A stretch of 31,265 bases of DNA, taken from contig CAYHIM010000001.1 in assembly GCA_964356665.1 (NCBI GenBank), forward strand, positions 1-31,265. The letters run 5' to 3'. Below the pieces are notes generated by a model that was given only the letters and a program-made list of their open reading frames with translations, did not search any database and had not been told where the DNA came from. Within the stretch, counting starts at the first letter, position 1. Each line of letters begins with the position of its first letter. The position numbers and the translations under genes are program-made. Positions 17,876 to 26,379 of the stretch are shown piece after piece. Origin of the DNA: an uncultured Gammaproteobacteria bacterium. Lineage in GTDB: Bacteria > Patescibacteriota > Patescibacteriia > Patescibacteriales > XYC2-FULL-47-12.

Positions 17876-18127
17876 CTATTCCGTAAAACATTCGGCATAG
17901 AGGTCGGGGTGATGCGACATATGTTCTTGCCATTCCGCTTCGGTATAGCCGGGCGGAGTTTGGCATTTGTCCGGCAACTCGGCTTGTAGGGCTTTGGTAA
18001 AATTATTTTGATTATTAATCAATGACGAAACAGCCGGCTGCCTGCCAAATATTCCCCAAGCCGACCAAATTAAACCGCCTAAGGCTAAAATTACTAAGAC
18101 AGTAATAATTAATTTTTCCCATTGCAT
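17876..18127 (-). CDS. Small membrane-anchored protein with a C-x12-H-M-x-HH-x6-C motif
   Basis: Start at MQWEK (18127), TM, then CQTPPGYTEAEWQEHMSHHPDLYAEC. Confidence 0.75.
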   Translation of the reverse strand: MQWEKLIITVLVILALGGLIWSAWGIFGRQPAVSSLINNQNNFTKALQAELPDKCQTPPGYTEAEWQEHMSHHPDLYAECFTE

Positions 18128-18137
18128 AAAATTATTG

Positions 18138-18407
18138 TTAACAGCCGCCGACTTGGGAAGGCAGACCAAGATTAGCGGAAGCGGCCGGCGCGGCTGCGGG
18201 CGCGGCGGCGCCGCGGGCGGAATTAGCCGCCTGCACATAACCGCGCAGGCGGCCAATTTCTATTGACTGGAAAAAAGTCATTAAGAGTAAAATAATCACT
18301 ACTCCGATAATAATGCCGTCTTTAAGCAGCCGAACGCGCTGACGGCGCTGGTCAAAAAGACTGTCTATTTCTTGCGCCGCTGTTGCTTTTAAGGTTGCGT
18401 TGTCCAT
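18138..18407 (-). CDS. Small single-TM protein ending LPSQVGGC
   Basis: 89 aa with a TM, an Ala/Pro linker and a C-terminal GGC. Confidence 0.75.
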   Translation of the reverse strand: MDNATLKATAAQEIDSLFDQRRQRVRLLKDGIIIGVVIILLLMTFFQSIEIGRLRGYVQAANSARGAAAPAAAPAASANLGLPSQVGGC

Positions 18408-18457
18408 AAATTTAATTTTAATTAATAAATGAATTAACAGCCGCCGACTTGGGAAGG
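18138..18457 (-). repeat. Identical 24-bp segment encoding PSQVGGC-stop in two adjacent genes
   Basis: TTAACAGCCGCCGACTTGGGAAGG at 18138-18161 and 18434-18457. Confidence 0.95.
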
Positions 18458-19066
18458 TAAAGACGCGTTAGTAGCGCCCCGACCCTGACTAGCTAAATAT
18501 TTCTGCACGGTTGGCCCGGGAAAAAATACCGCCTTCCATTTATTGGCCTCCTCTAATATCTGCTGGTCGCTCATCGTGTTGCCTTGAGTGGTTAACAAAT
18601 AAGCAATCACGCCGCGCATCGCCGCCGAATGGGCGCAGGCGCACGCTTTGCTTCCGTCCGGAAATACCAAAGTCGTGGCGCCGCAACAAAATTCGCAAGC
18701 CGTCTGCTGGCCAATGGCAATATAACGTTGCAGTAACGTACCAGTTAGTTTATCCTGGCGCGTGTCCTGCTCGAACGGTGATAAAATATTGATGGCCGTA
18801 GCCGGATTGTCAAAACTAATCCCCAGTTTAGCGCCGTAAACCGGCGGCGCGCCGCGCGTTAACATTTTATCTGCCACAGCGGCGATGTCGGCGGGCAAAA
18901 CGCCGCTAGTGGCAGTTGCTCCGGATGCTGAATTGGCTGGCGCGGCGGCATTAGCTTGTGAAGACGCCGCCGCTAACATTTTATTCATCATGCCTAATTG
19001 CCACTGATTAATAATCAGCATAAACAAAAGAACAAATATCAGGGCAATGCCGTATTTTTTTTGCAT
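18434..19066 (-). CDS. Exported Cys-rich protein (CxxCC...CxCxH) ending LPSQVGGC
   Basis: N-terminal TM/signal, ACEFCCG, ACACAHSAAMRG and a C-terminal GGC. Confidence 0.8.
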   Translation of the reverse strand: MQKKYGIALIFVLLFMLIINQWQLGMMNKMLAAASSQANAAAPANSASGATATSGVLPADIAAVADKMLTRGAPPVYGAKLGISFDNPATAINILSPFEQDTRQDKLTGTLLQRYIAIGQQTACEFCCGATTLVFPDGSKACACAHSAAMRGVIAYLLTTQGNTMSDQQILEEANKWKAVFFPGPTVQKYLASQGRGATNASLPSQVGGC

Positions 19067-19091
19067 ACAACTTATGATTAGTAAATAATAT

Positions 19092-19256
19092 TTAGGATTT
19101 ATGGCAACTGCCCGGTTTTGTTCCTTGTTTTAGTTGGTTGATTACTTCCGGGGAAACGCGGCACATCGGGCAATCGCGATTTTGTTTTTCTTTCTTTTGC
19201 TTTTGCCGGGGAGAAAATATTTTTTTTGTTTTTAGTTGAGCCAATAACTTAAACAT
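19092..19256 (-). CDS. Unannotated 54-aa basic CxxC protein
   Basis: Hand translation: MFKLLAQLKTKKIFSPRQKQKKEKQNRDCPMCRVSPEVINQLKQGTKPGSCHKS*. It fills the 19067-19292 gap in the operon orientation. Confidence 0.65.
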   Translation of the reverse strand: MFKLLAQLKTKKIFSPRQKQKKEKQNRDCPMCRVSPEVINQLKQGTKPGSCHKS

Positions 19257-19292
19257 AAATAAGTATATTTAGTAAATAAAACCGATTCGCTT

Positions 19293-20534
19293 TTACACGA
19301 ACCACATTAAAATAATAATGCCGACTGCTACGGCGGCAACGCCTAACCAAAGCTTCCAAGTTTTGGCGGCGTCTGCTTGCCAAGCGGCTATCCGGCTAAG
19401 CGCGTAGTGGTTGCCGACAAAGGCTAATAATACTATCAGCGGCAACACAAACATTACATTATAGAGCAAAAGATAACCGAAGCCCTGCCAAAAATTATTC
19501 CGAGAAGCAAGCAAGCCGATAATCGCGACATAAATTCCGCCGGAACAGGGGAAAGTGCAAAGCCCGACTAAAAACGCGCCAACAATAACTGCCGACAACG
19601 TCCCTTTGGTCAGCCAGCGCTGCAACGCTCCTTGAGAAAAATGCGGTATTTGTAATTTTATAGGAAACCGCGGCAGGTAATAACCGATAATATTTATTCC
19701 GCCCAAAACAATAATCAGCCAAGCGCCGATTTTAGCCATTAGATGCGGCTCATTAGATAAGACGATCGCTTTAAATAATCCTAAGCCAATGCCTAAATAC
19801 GTCAGATAGATAATACCGATGTAGAGACTGCCGTAAAGCGCGATTAACTTTAAACTGCCTTTGAACGTAAACAGAAAAGCGATAAAAAACAACAGTACCG
19901 CAAAGGCGCAAGGATTAATGCCGTCAAGCAGTCCGGTGGAAAGTACCAGCGGCAATAAGGAGCGTTGTTTGTTTTGGCTCGGAAATAATTCCTGCTTCTG
20001 CCAAGAATTAAGATAGGTTGTTAATGGTTCGTCTAAACCATACATTTGCGCGGCCATACCGGGCTGCCAGACCGCATATTTAACATCTTTAATTTGAATG
20101 CCCGACATTCCTAACATCTGGTCTTGGAAAATCAGCATCGGCTGCGGCAGCTGCTTAGTTGCTATCGCCTCGCGCACTCGCGCCAAAGGCACATGCCCGC
20201 CAATAATAACTCTGCCGTCATCAAGAAAGGTCATAATATGACTCTGTAATTCATAGGGGATGTTAAATTTATCCTGCAAAGAATTCAGGTCTCTTCTCAC
20301 CTGCCGGTCGTTTAAATAATCAAATAACTTAACCGTCATTCCTTGCCCTTGTAAGTAAGGCACGAGCTCTTGGGTCAAATACTGATTGCAATCGCCGCAC
20401 GCTTCGTTGTAATAGATATCTGCCGTTTGATAACGTTCCTCCGGCTCCGCCGCCCAAACAAAATGCCAGCTAACTAACAGCAAACCGGCTATCAAGCCGT
20501 TTCTTAGATATTTTTTTAGCTTAAATTTTTTCAT
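19293..20534 (-). CDS. Thioredoxin-like domain plus CcdA/DsbD-type membrane thiol-redox protein
   Basis: Signal peptide, CGDC motif, and TM domain with GLLDGINPCAF and CTFPCSGGIY. Confidence 0.85.
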   Translation of the reverse strand: MKKFKLKKYLRNGLIAGLLLVSWHFVWAAEPEERYQTADIYYNEACGDCNQYLTQELVPYLQGQGMTVKLFDYLNDRQVRRDLNSLQDKFNIPYELQSHIMTFLDDGRVIIGGHVPLARVREAIATKQLPQPMLIFQDQMLGMSGIQIKDVKYAVWQPGMAAQMYGLDEPLTTYLNSWQKQELFPSQNKQRSLLPLVLSTGLLDGINPCAFAVLLFFIAFLFTFKGSLKLIALYGSLYIGIIYLTYLGIGLGLFKAIVLSNEPHLMAKIGAWLIIVLGGINIIGYYLPRFPIKLQIPHFSQGALQRWLTKGTLSAVIVGAFLVGLCTFPCSGGIYVAIIGLLASRNNFWQGFGYLLLYNVMFVLPLIVLLAFVGNHYALSRIAAWQADAAKTWKLWLGVAAVAVGIIILMWFV

Positions 20535-20544
20535 ACATTCTTTC

Positions 20545-21042
20545 TTAATTTACTTTATTCGGGTCAATGGTGATGCTAAAAGTTAAAGTATATTCGTCGC
20601 GCGGATTTTCTGTTTTAAGATAAATAGCGCGCTGAAATGAGCCCTTGGCGTTTTCTAATCCATGGGCCAGCGGATTGTAGGCGGCAATTACCTCCATCTC
20701 TTCGCCCGCGCCTAAGGTAAAATTTGTCCGCGGCAGATTGCCGTGGTCCATGCCTATCGGCGCAGTTATTCTATTGCCTTGGCGCAACTGCGCCGTGGTA
20801 CAGCCGCAGGAGGTAGCTACTTTAACAATGGTGATGTCGCCCGCGCCTATATTTTTAAGGCGGAAAATATGGCTCACGGAAGCGAGTCCGACCACGCCAA
20901 AGTCATAATCACTTTCGCTGATTTCTAACCTGCCCTCGGCTAACGCCACTGATTTAGTATTTTGATTCACGAAGTACCAGCCCACCGCCACTAAGACGAC
21001 TGCTGTTACCCCGATAAGATATTTTAATTGTTTGGTCTTCAT
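20545..21042 (-). CDS. DUF1573-like exported protein
   Basis: TM anchor, DFG, F.LKNIG, TSCGCT, plus an MDH insert. Confidence 0.8.
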   Translation of the reverse strand: MKTKQLKYLIGVTAVVLVAVGWYFVNQNTKSVALAEGRLEISESDYDFGVVGLASVSHIFRLKNIGAGDITIVKVATSCGCTTAQLRQGNRITAPIGMDHGNLPRTNFTLGAGEEMEVIAAYNPLAHGLENAKGSFQRAIYLKTENPRDEYTLTFSITIDPNKVN

Positions 21043-21063
21043 AGCGATGCTTTAAAAATAACT

Positions 21064-21156
21064 AAAATAAAAAACACTTTGCTTAACTAAGCAAACCTTG
21101 CTCTCCCTAATGTCCAAATTAAGGAAAGCGATTAATTGCTTAGCCGAGCAAAGTGT
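21064..21156 (-). terminator. Long hairpin plus U-tract overlapping the end of the 134-aa ORF (putative attenuator 2)
   Basis: Outer stem 21156-21136 / 21094-21074 (20/21 paired, 2 G-U). Inner stem 21129-21118 / 21111-21100 (12/12, 2 G-U). Followed by UUUUUAUUUU. Confidence 0.8.
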
Positions 21157-21536
21157 CGGCGGTATATTTTAGGCAAACTTTCAAGCAAAACATCGTGCGG
21201 ATGCAGGCGGCGGTAATAGCTATTAACCCCTTGTTCGCCTAAACGGATGGTGGTAAATAAAAACAGATTAATAGTGTCGTCTGCAACTTGCCGCCATCTG
21301 AACCAAATCAGCGCTAATAAAATTGCCACTATACCGCTTACTAAAAAGTTGGCTACTACCTTAGTCATCGTAGTAATATGCGTCAAAGCAGATAAAGCTT
21401 CGTTACCGCACTCCAAACCGACAGAACACCCTAAATGAATGCTCTGCTGGCTGCAGCTGCTCCAAGCCAAAGGAATCGCCACTAAAGCGAGGATGATACT
21501 AATCGCTATCACTATTTGTAACCGGTGCGGCAACAT
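21132..21536 (-). CDS. Two-TM Cys/His protein with a PKIY motif near the C-terminus (putative leader ORF 2)
   Basis: Hydrophobic N-terminus, C28/H34/C37/C43/H53, second TM, YYRR and PKIY (aa 122-125). Confidence 0.7.
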   Translation of the reverse strand: MLPHRLQIVIAISIILALVAIPLAWSSCSQQSIHLGCSVGLECGNEALSALTHITTMTKVVANFLVSGIVAILLALIWFRWRQVADDTINLFLFTTIRLGEQGVNSYYRRLHPHDVLLESLPKIYRRHFARLSN

Positions 21537-21547
21537 AAATAATACTC

Positions 21548-21769
21548 TTAACTTTTAAGCGTTTTTTTAATTTCTGCTAATTCTTTTTTGCTAATTTCGC
21601 CTCGGGCATACCGTTCGTGAGCAATATCCAGCGCCGAATCCTTATTGGTGCGGCCACTGACTAAACGCGCTAACCAAACAATAATTAATATAACCAAAAC
21701 CCAGCTAATAATCATCGTCAGCCACCCGAAACCCATCCCGCCCGGGTAGCCGTAAAAATATCCCATCAT
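21548..21769 (-). CDS. SHOCT-domain small membrane protein
   Basis: MMGYFYGYPGGMGFGW, TM, ALDIAHERYARGEISKKE. GGAGG precedes ATG 21769/21766. Confidence 0.85.
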   Translation of the reverse strand: MMGYFYGYPGGMGFGWLTMIISWVLVILIIVWLARLVSGRTNKDSALDIAHERYARGEISKKELAEIKKTLKS

Positions 21770-21806
21770 AAAGCCTCCTATGATTTTATAAATTAATAAA
21801 TTCAAT

Positions 21807-24209
21807 CTACTTTGATATTACTCCGGCGCTAAAACGCGCGAATTCAAAGAAAAGAAAAGAAAACAATGCCACCATAATAATGGGCGCGATTAGCGAAAGG
21901 TAATTGGTCCGGCTTGGTTTAAACAACCGTAAAGTCAAAGAATTGCTGACCACCGAAATGGAACTCAAGGCCATCGCTAAACCGGCAAGCTCCGGTTTTA
22001 AGATAATGCCGGCGAATGCCAAAACGCGCGCGGCAATCGGGATGCCGACCACGTTATAAAACAAAGCGAAAAACATATTCTGCTTAATTTTACTGACCGT
22101 TTCGCGGCTCAAATCAATCGCCGCCAAAACATCGCGCAAATCATTTTTAATGATAACAATGCCGCCCGTCTCCATCGCCACGTCGGTGCCGCTGCCCATC
22201 GCTATGCCTAAATCGGCTTGCGCCAGCGCCGGCGCGTCATTGATGCCGTCGCCGACCATCGCGATTTTCTGGCCGCTTGCTTGCAATTTTTTTATTTCGT
22301 TCGCTTTATCTTCCGGCAATACTTCCGCAAGCACTTTGGTGATGCCGGCTTGTTTAGCAATCGCCGCCGCCGTGCGCTCGTTATCGCCGGTTATCATAAA
22401 CACTTCCACGCCGCGCTCTTGCAGCTCGCGCACGGTTTCTACGGCGCTGTCTTTGATGGTGTCCGCTACCGCCACTAAACCTAATATGGTTTGCTCGTTC
22501 GCTAACATCATTGCTGTTTTGCCTTCGCCTTCTAAAACATGCAGTTTCATTTCTGTCGCCTCCAACGTTAAGCCAGCCACATCCGTAATCAGCCGGCGGT
22601 TGCCTAAGAAATATTTTTTTTCATTTATTATTCCTTCCACGCCATGCCCGGGAATTGCCCGGAAATCAACTGTGTCAATCAAAGCAATTCTTTCTTTATC
22701 CGCGTATTTTACAATCGCCTCCGCCAACGGATGTTCGGATTTACTTTCCAGTGAAGCCGCTATCTGTATTATCTCTTTTGTTAATAATTCATTCGTCATT
22801 CGTAATTCGTCATTCTTAATTGTTATAACGTCCGTTACTGCCGGCTGTCCTTTGGTTAAAGTGCCGGTTTTATCAAAAACAATCGCTTTAATCTTACAAG
22901 CCGCTTCCAGCGGTTCGCCGCCTTTAATGAGAATGCCGTATTCCGCGCCTTTGCCGGTCCCGACCATAATCGCGGTCGGCGTAGCGAGTCCCAAAGCGCA
23001 AGGGCAAGCAATAACAATGACGGCGGTAAAAGCCATCAAACTAAAGGTTAAATTCGCGCCTAAAACAAAAAACCAGATGACAAAAGTAAGCGCGGCGATA
23101 ATTAACACTAACGGCACAAACACGGCGGAAATTTTATCCGCCAGCGCCTGAATGGGCGCTTTGGAGCTTTGCGCTTCCTCTACCACGCGGATGATTTGCC
23201 CGAGCGCGGTTTCTGTTCCTACCCGCTCGGCGCGGAACTGGAAACTGCCGTTCTTATTAACGGTTGCGCCATAAACTTTGTCGCCCGCATTTTTTTCTAT
23301 CGGAATGCTTTCTCCCGTCAGCATTGACTCGTCTACGGCGGAAACGCCTTTAGTAATAACTCCGTCCACGGGAATTTTTTCTCCCGGCCGCACCAAGATA
23401 ATATCGCCAATGACTACCTGCTCAATAGGAATATCGCGAGTACTACTATCGCGTACCACGCGCGCGGTTTTTGGCTGCAGCCCAATCAAGCGCTTAATTG
23501 ATTCGGAGGTTCTGCCTTTGGCCTTTGCTTCCAGCCACTTGCCTAAAATGACAAAGGTGATTAAAAAGGCGGCGGTTTCAAAATAAAGCTCGGGGATTTT
23601 TTCACCGCCAATGCCAATCAAACTGCGGTTAGTAATCGCGTAATTAAGATATTGCCATAAACTATAAAAAAATGCGGTGCTCGTGCCAATGGCGATTAAA
23701 CTATCCATGTTAAATGTCCGCAGGCGCAAGCCGCTGTATAACCCGTGATAAAAACCGGCGCCGATAACAAACTGCACCGGGATAGTGAGGAGAAGGGAGA
23801 CTAAACCGATGTAAGACAAAATAACGCGGCCGGGCAAAGCGGGCGCAAAATCAAAAAGCATAAAGTACAGCATGGGCAAACTAAGAATCAAGCTAATTAA
23901 AAATCTCTGCCGATACTTTTTCATTTCCCGCTCCCGTTTCTGCCGCTCGGCTTCCGGGTTGCTTTTATCGGCTAAAACGGCGCGATAACCGGCTTTTTCC
24001 ACGGCCTTGATAAGCTCGGACAAGGAAGCCGCGTTTTCGTCAAATTTTACAATTGCTTTTTCGGTAGCAAAGTTGACGTTTGCTTGTTCTACGCCGGCTG
24101 TTTTTTTAAGCGCATGCTCAATAATTTGCGCGCAGGAGGCGCAATGCATGCCTTCAATATCTAAGGTAGTTAGTTTTTTTATTTCCATATTTTTGTCATT
24201 TATATTCAC
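21807..24209 (-). CDS. copA: Cu(I)-translocating P1B-1 ATPase
   Basis: HMA GMHCASC, TGES, CPC, DKTGT, SEHPL, GDGIND, YN and MALSS. Confidence 0.96.
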   Translation of the reverse strand: MNINDKNMEIKKLTTLDIEGMHCASCAQIIEHALKKTAGVEQANVNFATEKAIVKFDENAASLSELIKAVEKAGYRAVLADKSNPEAERQKREREMKKYRQRFLISLILSLPMLYFMLFDFAPALPGRVILSYIGLVSLLLTIPVQFVIGAGFYHGLYSGLRLRTFNMDSLIAIGTSTAFFYSLWQYLNYAITNRSLIGIGGEKIPELYFETAAFLITFVILGKWLEAKAKGRTSESIKRLIGLQPKTARVVRDSSTRDIPIEQVVIGDIILVRPGEKIPVDGVITKGVSAVDESMLTGESIPIEKNAGDKVYGATVNKNGSFQFRAERVGTETALGQIIRVVEEAQSSKAPIQALADKISAVFVPLVLIIAALTFVIWFFVLGANLTFSLMAFTAVIVIACPCALGLATPTAIMVGTGKGAEYGILIKGGEPLEAACKIKAIVFDKTGTLTKGQPAVTDVITIKNDELRMTNELLTKEIIQIAASLESKSEHPLAEAIVKYADKERIALIDTVDFRAIPGHGVEGIINEKKYFLGNRRLITDVAGLTLEATEMKLHVLEGEGKTAMMLANEQTILGLVAVADTIKDSAVETVRELQERGVEVFMITGDNERTAAAIAKQAGITKVLAEVLPEDKANEIKKLQASGQKIAMVGDGINDAPALAQADLGIAMGSGTDVAMETGGIVIIKNDLRDVLAAIDLSRETVSKIKQNMFFALFYNVVGIPIAARVLAFAGIILKPELAGLAMALSSISVVSNSLTLRLFKPSRTNYLSLIAPIIMVALFSFLFFEFARFSAGVISK
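22791..22818. repeat. Four tandem heptamers inside copA
   Basis: ATTCGTC ATTCGTA ATTCGTC ATTCTTA, encoding [10 protein letters not shown] on the minus strand. Confidence 0.75.
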
Positions 24210-24219
24210 CGCAAAATAG

Positions 24220-24423
24220 TTACGATTGAACGGTATAACCAGTACCGGCTAGCGCCTGTTCAACTTCTTGTTTAGCGATTGCACGGTCAGCTAAAATTTC
24301 AACCGCGCCGGTTTCCGCAACGCGCGCTTCGCTGACGCCCGAAATTTCTTCTAATTTCATCTTAGTTAACTTTGCACAGGAAGGACAATGAAATCCTTGG
24401 ATTGTTATTTTTGTTGTTATCAT
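24220..24423 (-). CDS. copZ: HMA-domain copper chaperone (CopZ-like)
   Basis: 67 aa, GFHCPSC; immediately upstream of copA. Confidence 0.85.
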   Translation of the reverse strand: MITTKITIQGFHCPSCAKLTKMKLEEISGVSEARVAETGAVEILADRAIAKQEVEQALAGTGYTVQS

Positions 24424-24427
24424 ATAA

Positions 24428-26266
24428 TTATTGTACCTTAATTAAACCGCGCGGTACACCCATTGCGCAAGTGATGGGATATTCGCCGGTGTCTTGGGGA
24501 GTAAAATTCATCACAATTTTTTTGCCGGCTTGCAACAACTCGGGCTGATTATACAGCCCCGGCACCATAATCGTACTCATGCAGCCGTAGCCGTTTTCTT
24601 TAGCGTCAATTTCTAACCGTACCGGCTTGCCGGCTTGCACGATAAATGAATTGGGCTGAATGTCGGCATCATAAGTATAGGATGTTTTCAGTACTTGCGC
24701 GCCTTGGCTGTCAGAAGGCGCAACGGAGTTGGTGTTATTGTTTATCTGTCCGTTGTTTGGCGCAAACGGCTTACGCGCCCCGCCACAACCACAGCCGCCC
24801 GCGCCGCAAGCGCTGCCGGTATTGCCGCTGATACTACTATCAAAGGCGGAACGTAAAGCAACGTTATTTATTATCGGCGCCTGGGCGGAGGAATCAATAA
24901 CGTTAAAGCTGCCCGTATACATCCCCATACTGCAGGAAAATTTAATTTGGCCCGCCTGCGTGGGCGTGAACTCCACGATATTTTGGCCCGGCTTTAAGTT
25001 AAAGCGCAGATTCAGCGCCGGCACTACCATGCTGGAAGCGCACGAATACGGCGCCTGGGCGTCAATCAGCCACCGCACCGGCATTCCTGCCCGAATAGTA
25101 AATTGCCGCGGCGAATAGCCGTAATTGCCTTCGGTCATTTTTACTATTTGCGCGCCATCAACAACAGAAACATTAGGGTCGGCAACAACGGCATTTGTTT
25201 GCGCCGCCCGCGCCGAAAAATCTAGGTTCCAGCCGAGCAAACGCAAACCGTTAGTAAAATTAAAGAGAGCTAACATCATTACCACTAACCCGGCGAACTT
25301 AAAGAACCGCTTGGCAAAAATGCCTTTAACGACCGAGGTAATACCGCCGACGCTTAATAGCCCGGGGGCGGTGCCTAAAGCAAACACTCCCATAATCAAA
25401 GCGCCCGCTAGAAAAGTGCCGCTGCTGACGGCGTACAATTGCATCGCCTGCGTAAAGCCGCAAGGCAGAAAAAAAGTCAAGGCGCCGGCTACGGCCGCTT
25501 GCTTATGATTATATTCTTTGATGTGCTGATTCGCGCCTAAGAGGCGGCTGATGCTTTTAGGCAAAGTAAATTTCCAATTCGTCAGCCAAGGAAAAATATC
25601 AATTAATTGCAATCCAACTAAAAGCATCACTAATGCCACCCCAATGGTCAATAAGCCGACTAAATTACCGGACAACTGCAACACGCTCCCCGCTAGGCCG
25701 AGCAATCCGCCGCCCAAAGCATAGCCGGCAACGCGCCCCATATTAAAGAAAAGATGCGGCCGGAATTTCTGCCACGGACTTGCCTCGGGGTGCGCTTCGG
25801 CGTGGCGCGTAGCAATGCCCAATACTATGCCGCCCACGAGCGCCATGCAGGTAGAAAACCCAGCCGTGAGCCCGACGAGCAAAACGAGCGGCAAACTAAA
25901 CGATTGCGCCGCTAAATTAGCGCCGAAATTCAAGATGCCGAAATTTTTTAACGCTAACCATGCTACCGCTAACACAAAGAAGGCGATGCCTAAATCCTGA
26001 TAATCGCTCCAGTTGCGGTTAAGCCAAGCTTTGGGCTGGTTAATTCCTACTTCATAGCCCGCCGCCCGAATAGCTGCGGCGATTTCATTATCATTGGGTT
26101 TCTGCCCGTGGTAATAAATGTCAACGCCCGCCCGCGCGACGCTCGCTTGCGCGTTCGCTACTTCCGGAATTTGAGATAATTTTCCCTCTACCAGCATCTC
26201 GCAGGAGCGGCAGTGCATGCCTTTGATAGGCACACATATTTTTTCATGTTTTTTATGTGAAGACAT
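24428..26266 (-). CDS. HMA plus DsbD_2/TauE-like membrane domain plus two cupredoxin-like domains
   Basis: GMHCRSC; GFSTCMALVGG and FLPCGFTQ; CASS...CSMGMY; linker CGAGGCGCGG; CMST...CAMG. Confidence 0.88.
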   Translation of the reverse strand: MSSHKKHEKICVPIKGMHCRSCEMLVEGKLSQIPEVANAQASVARAGVDIYYHGQKPNDNEIAAAIRAAGYEVGINQPKAWLNRNWSDYQDLGIAFFVLAVAWLALKNFGILNFGANLAAQSFSLPLVLLVGLTAGFSTCMALVGGIVLGIATRHAEAHPEASPWQKFRPHLFFNMGRVAGYALGGGLLGLAGSVLQLSGNLVGLLTIGVALVMLLVGLQLIDIFPWLTNWKFTLPKSISRLLGANQHIKEYNHKQAAVAGALTFFLPCGFTQAMQLYAVSSGTFLAGALIMGVFALGTAPGLLSVGGITSVVKGIFAKRFFKFAGLVVMMLALFNFTNGLRLLGWNLDFSARAAQTNAVVADPNVSVVDGAQIVKMTEGNYGYSPRQFTIRAGMPVRWLIDAQAPYSCASSMVVPALNLRFNLKPGQNIVEFTPTQAGQIKFSCSMGMYTGSFNVIDSSAQAPIINNVALRSAFDSSISGNTGSACGAGGCGCGGARKPFAPNNGQINNNTNSVAPSDSQGAQVLKTSYTYDADIQPNSFIVQAGKPVRLEIDAKENGYGCMSTIMVPGLYNQPELLQAGKKIVMNFTPQDTGEYPITCAMGVPRGLIKVQ

Positions 26267-26292
26267 AATTGAATACTTAATATTTTAATGCC

Positions 26293-26379
26293 AAATACAA
26301 AACGCCCAAACACCATTGCTAAATAGTAAAATTTGCCTCTGAAGAAAGAGGAGTCTATTTAGCGATAATATTTAGGCGT
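26293..26379 (-). terminator. 25-bp hairpin plus U-tract overlapping the stop of the 132-aa ORF (putative attenuator 1)
   Basis: 26379-26355 pairs with 26326-26302 (24/25, 4 G-U). Inner CCUCU/AGAGG. Followed by UUUGUAUUU. Confidence 0.8.

Noticed and set aside
17876-18256. 126-aa version of the ORF with a Pro/Arg-rich N-terminus
   Set aside because: The extension overlaps the upstream gene in another frame; ATG 18127 gives a clean TM-first protein.
18138-18457. CRISPR-like repeat pair
   Set aside because: There are only two copies about 300 bp apart, both coding for protein C-termini, and no cas genes.
19293-20534. Cytochrome c maturation system
   Set aside because: No CxxCH proteins or heme-handling genes (ResB/C, CcmABCEF) are in the window, so the CcdA-like protein alone is insufficient.
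22150-23151. 333-aa plus-strand ORF
   Set aside because: It is an antisense shadow of copA, typical of P-type ATPase codon patterns. Other plus-strand ORFs over ZIP, purL and the 612/979-aa genes were rejected likewise.
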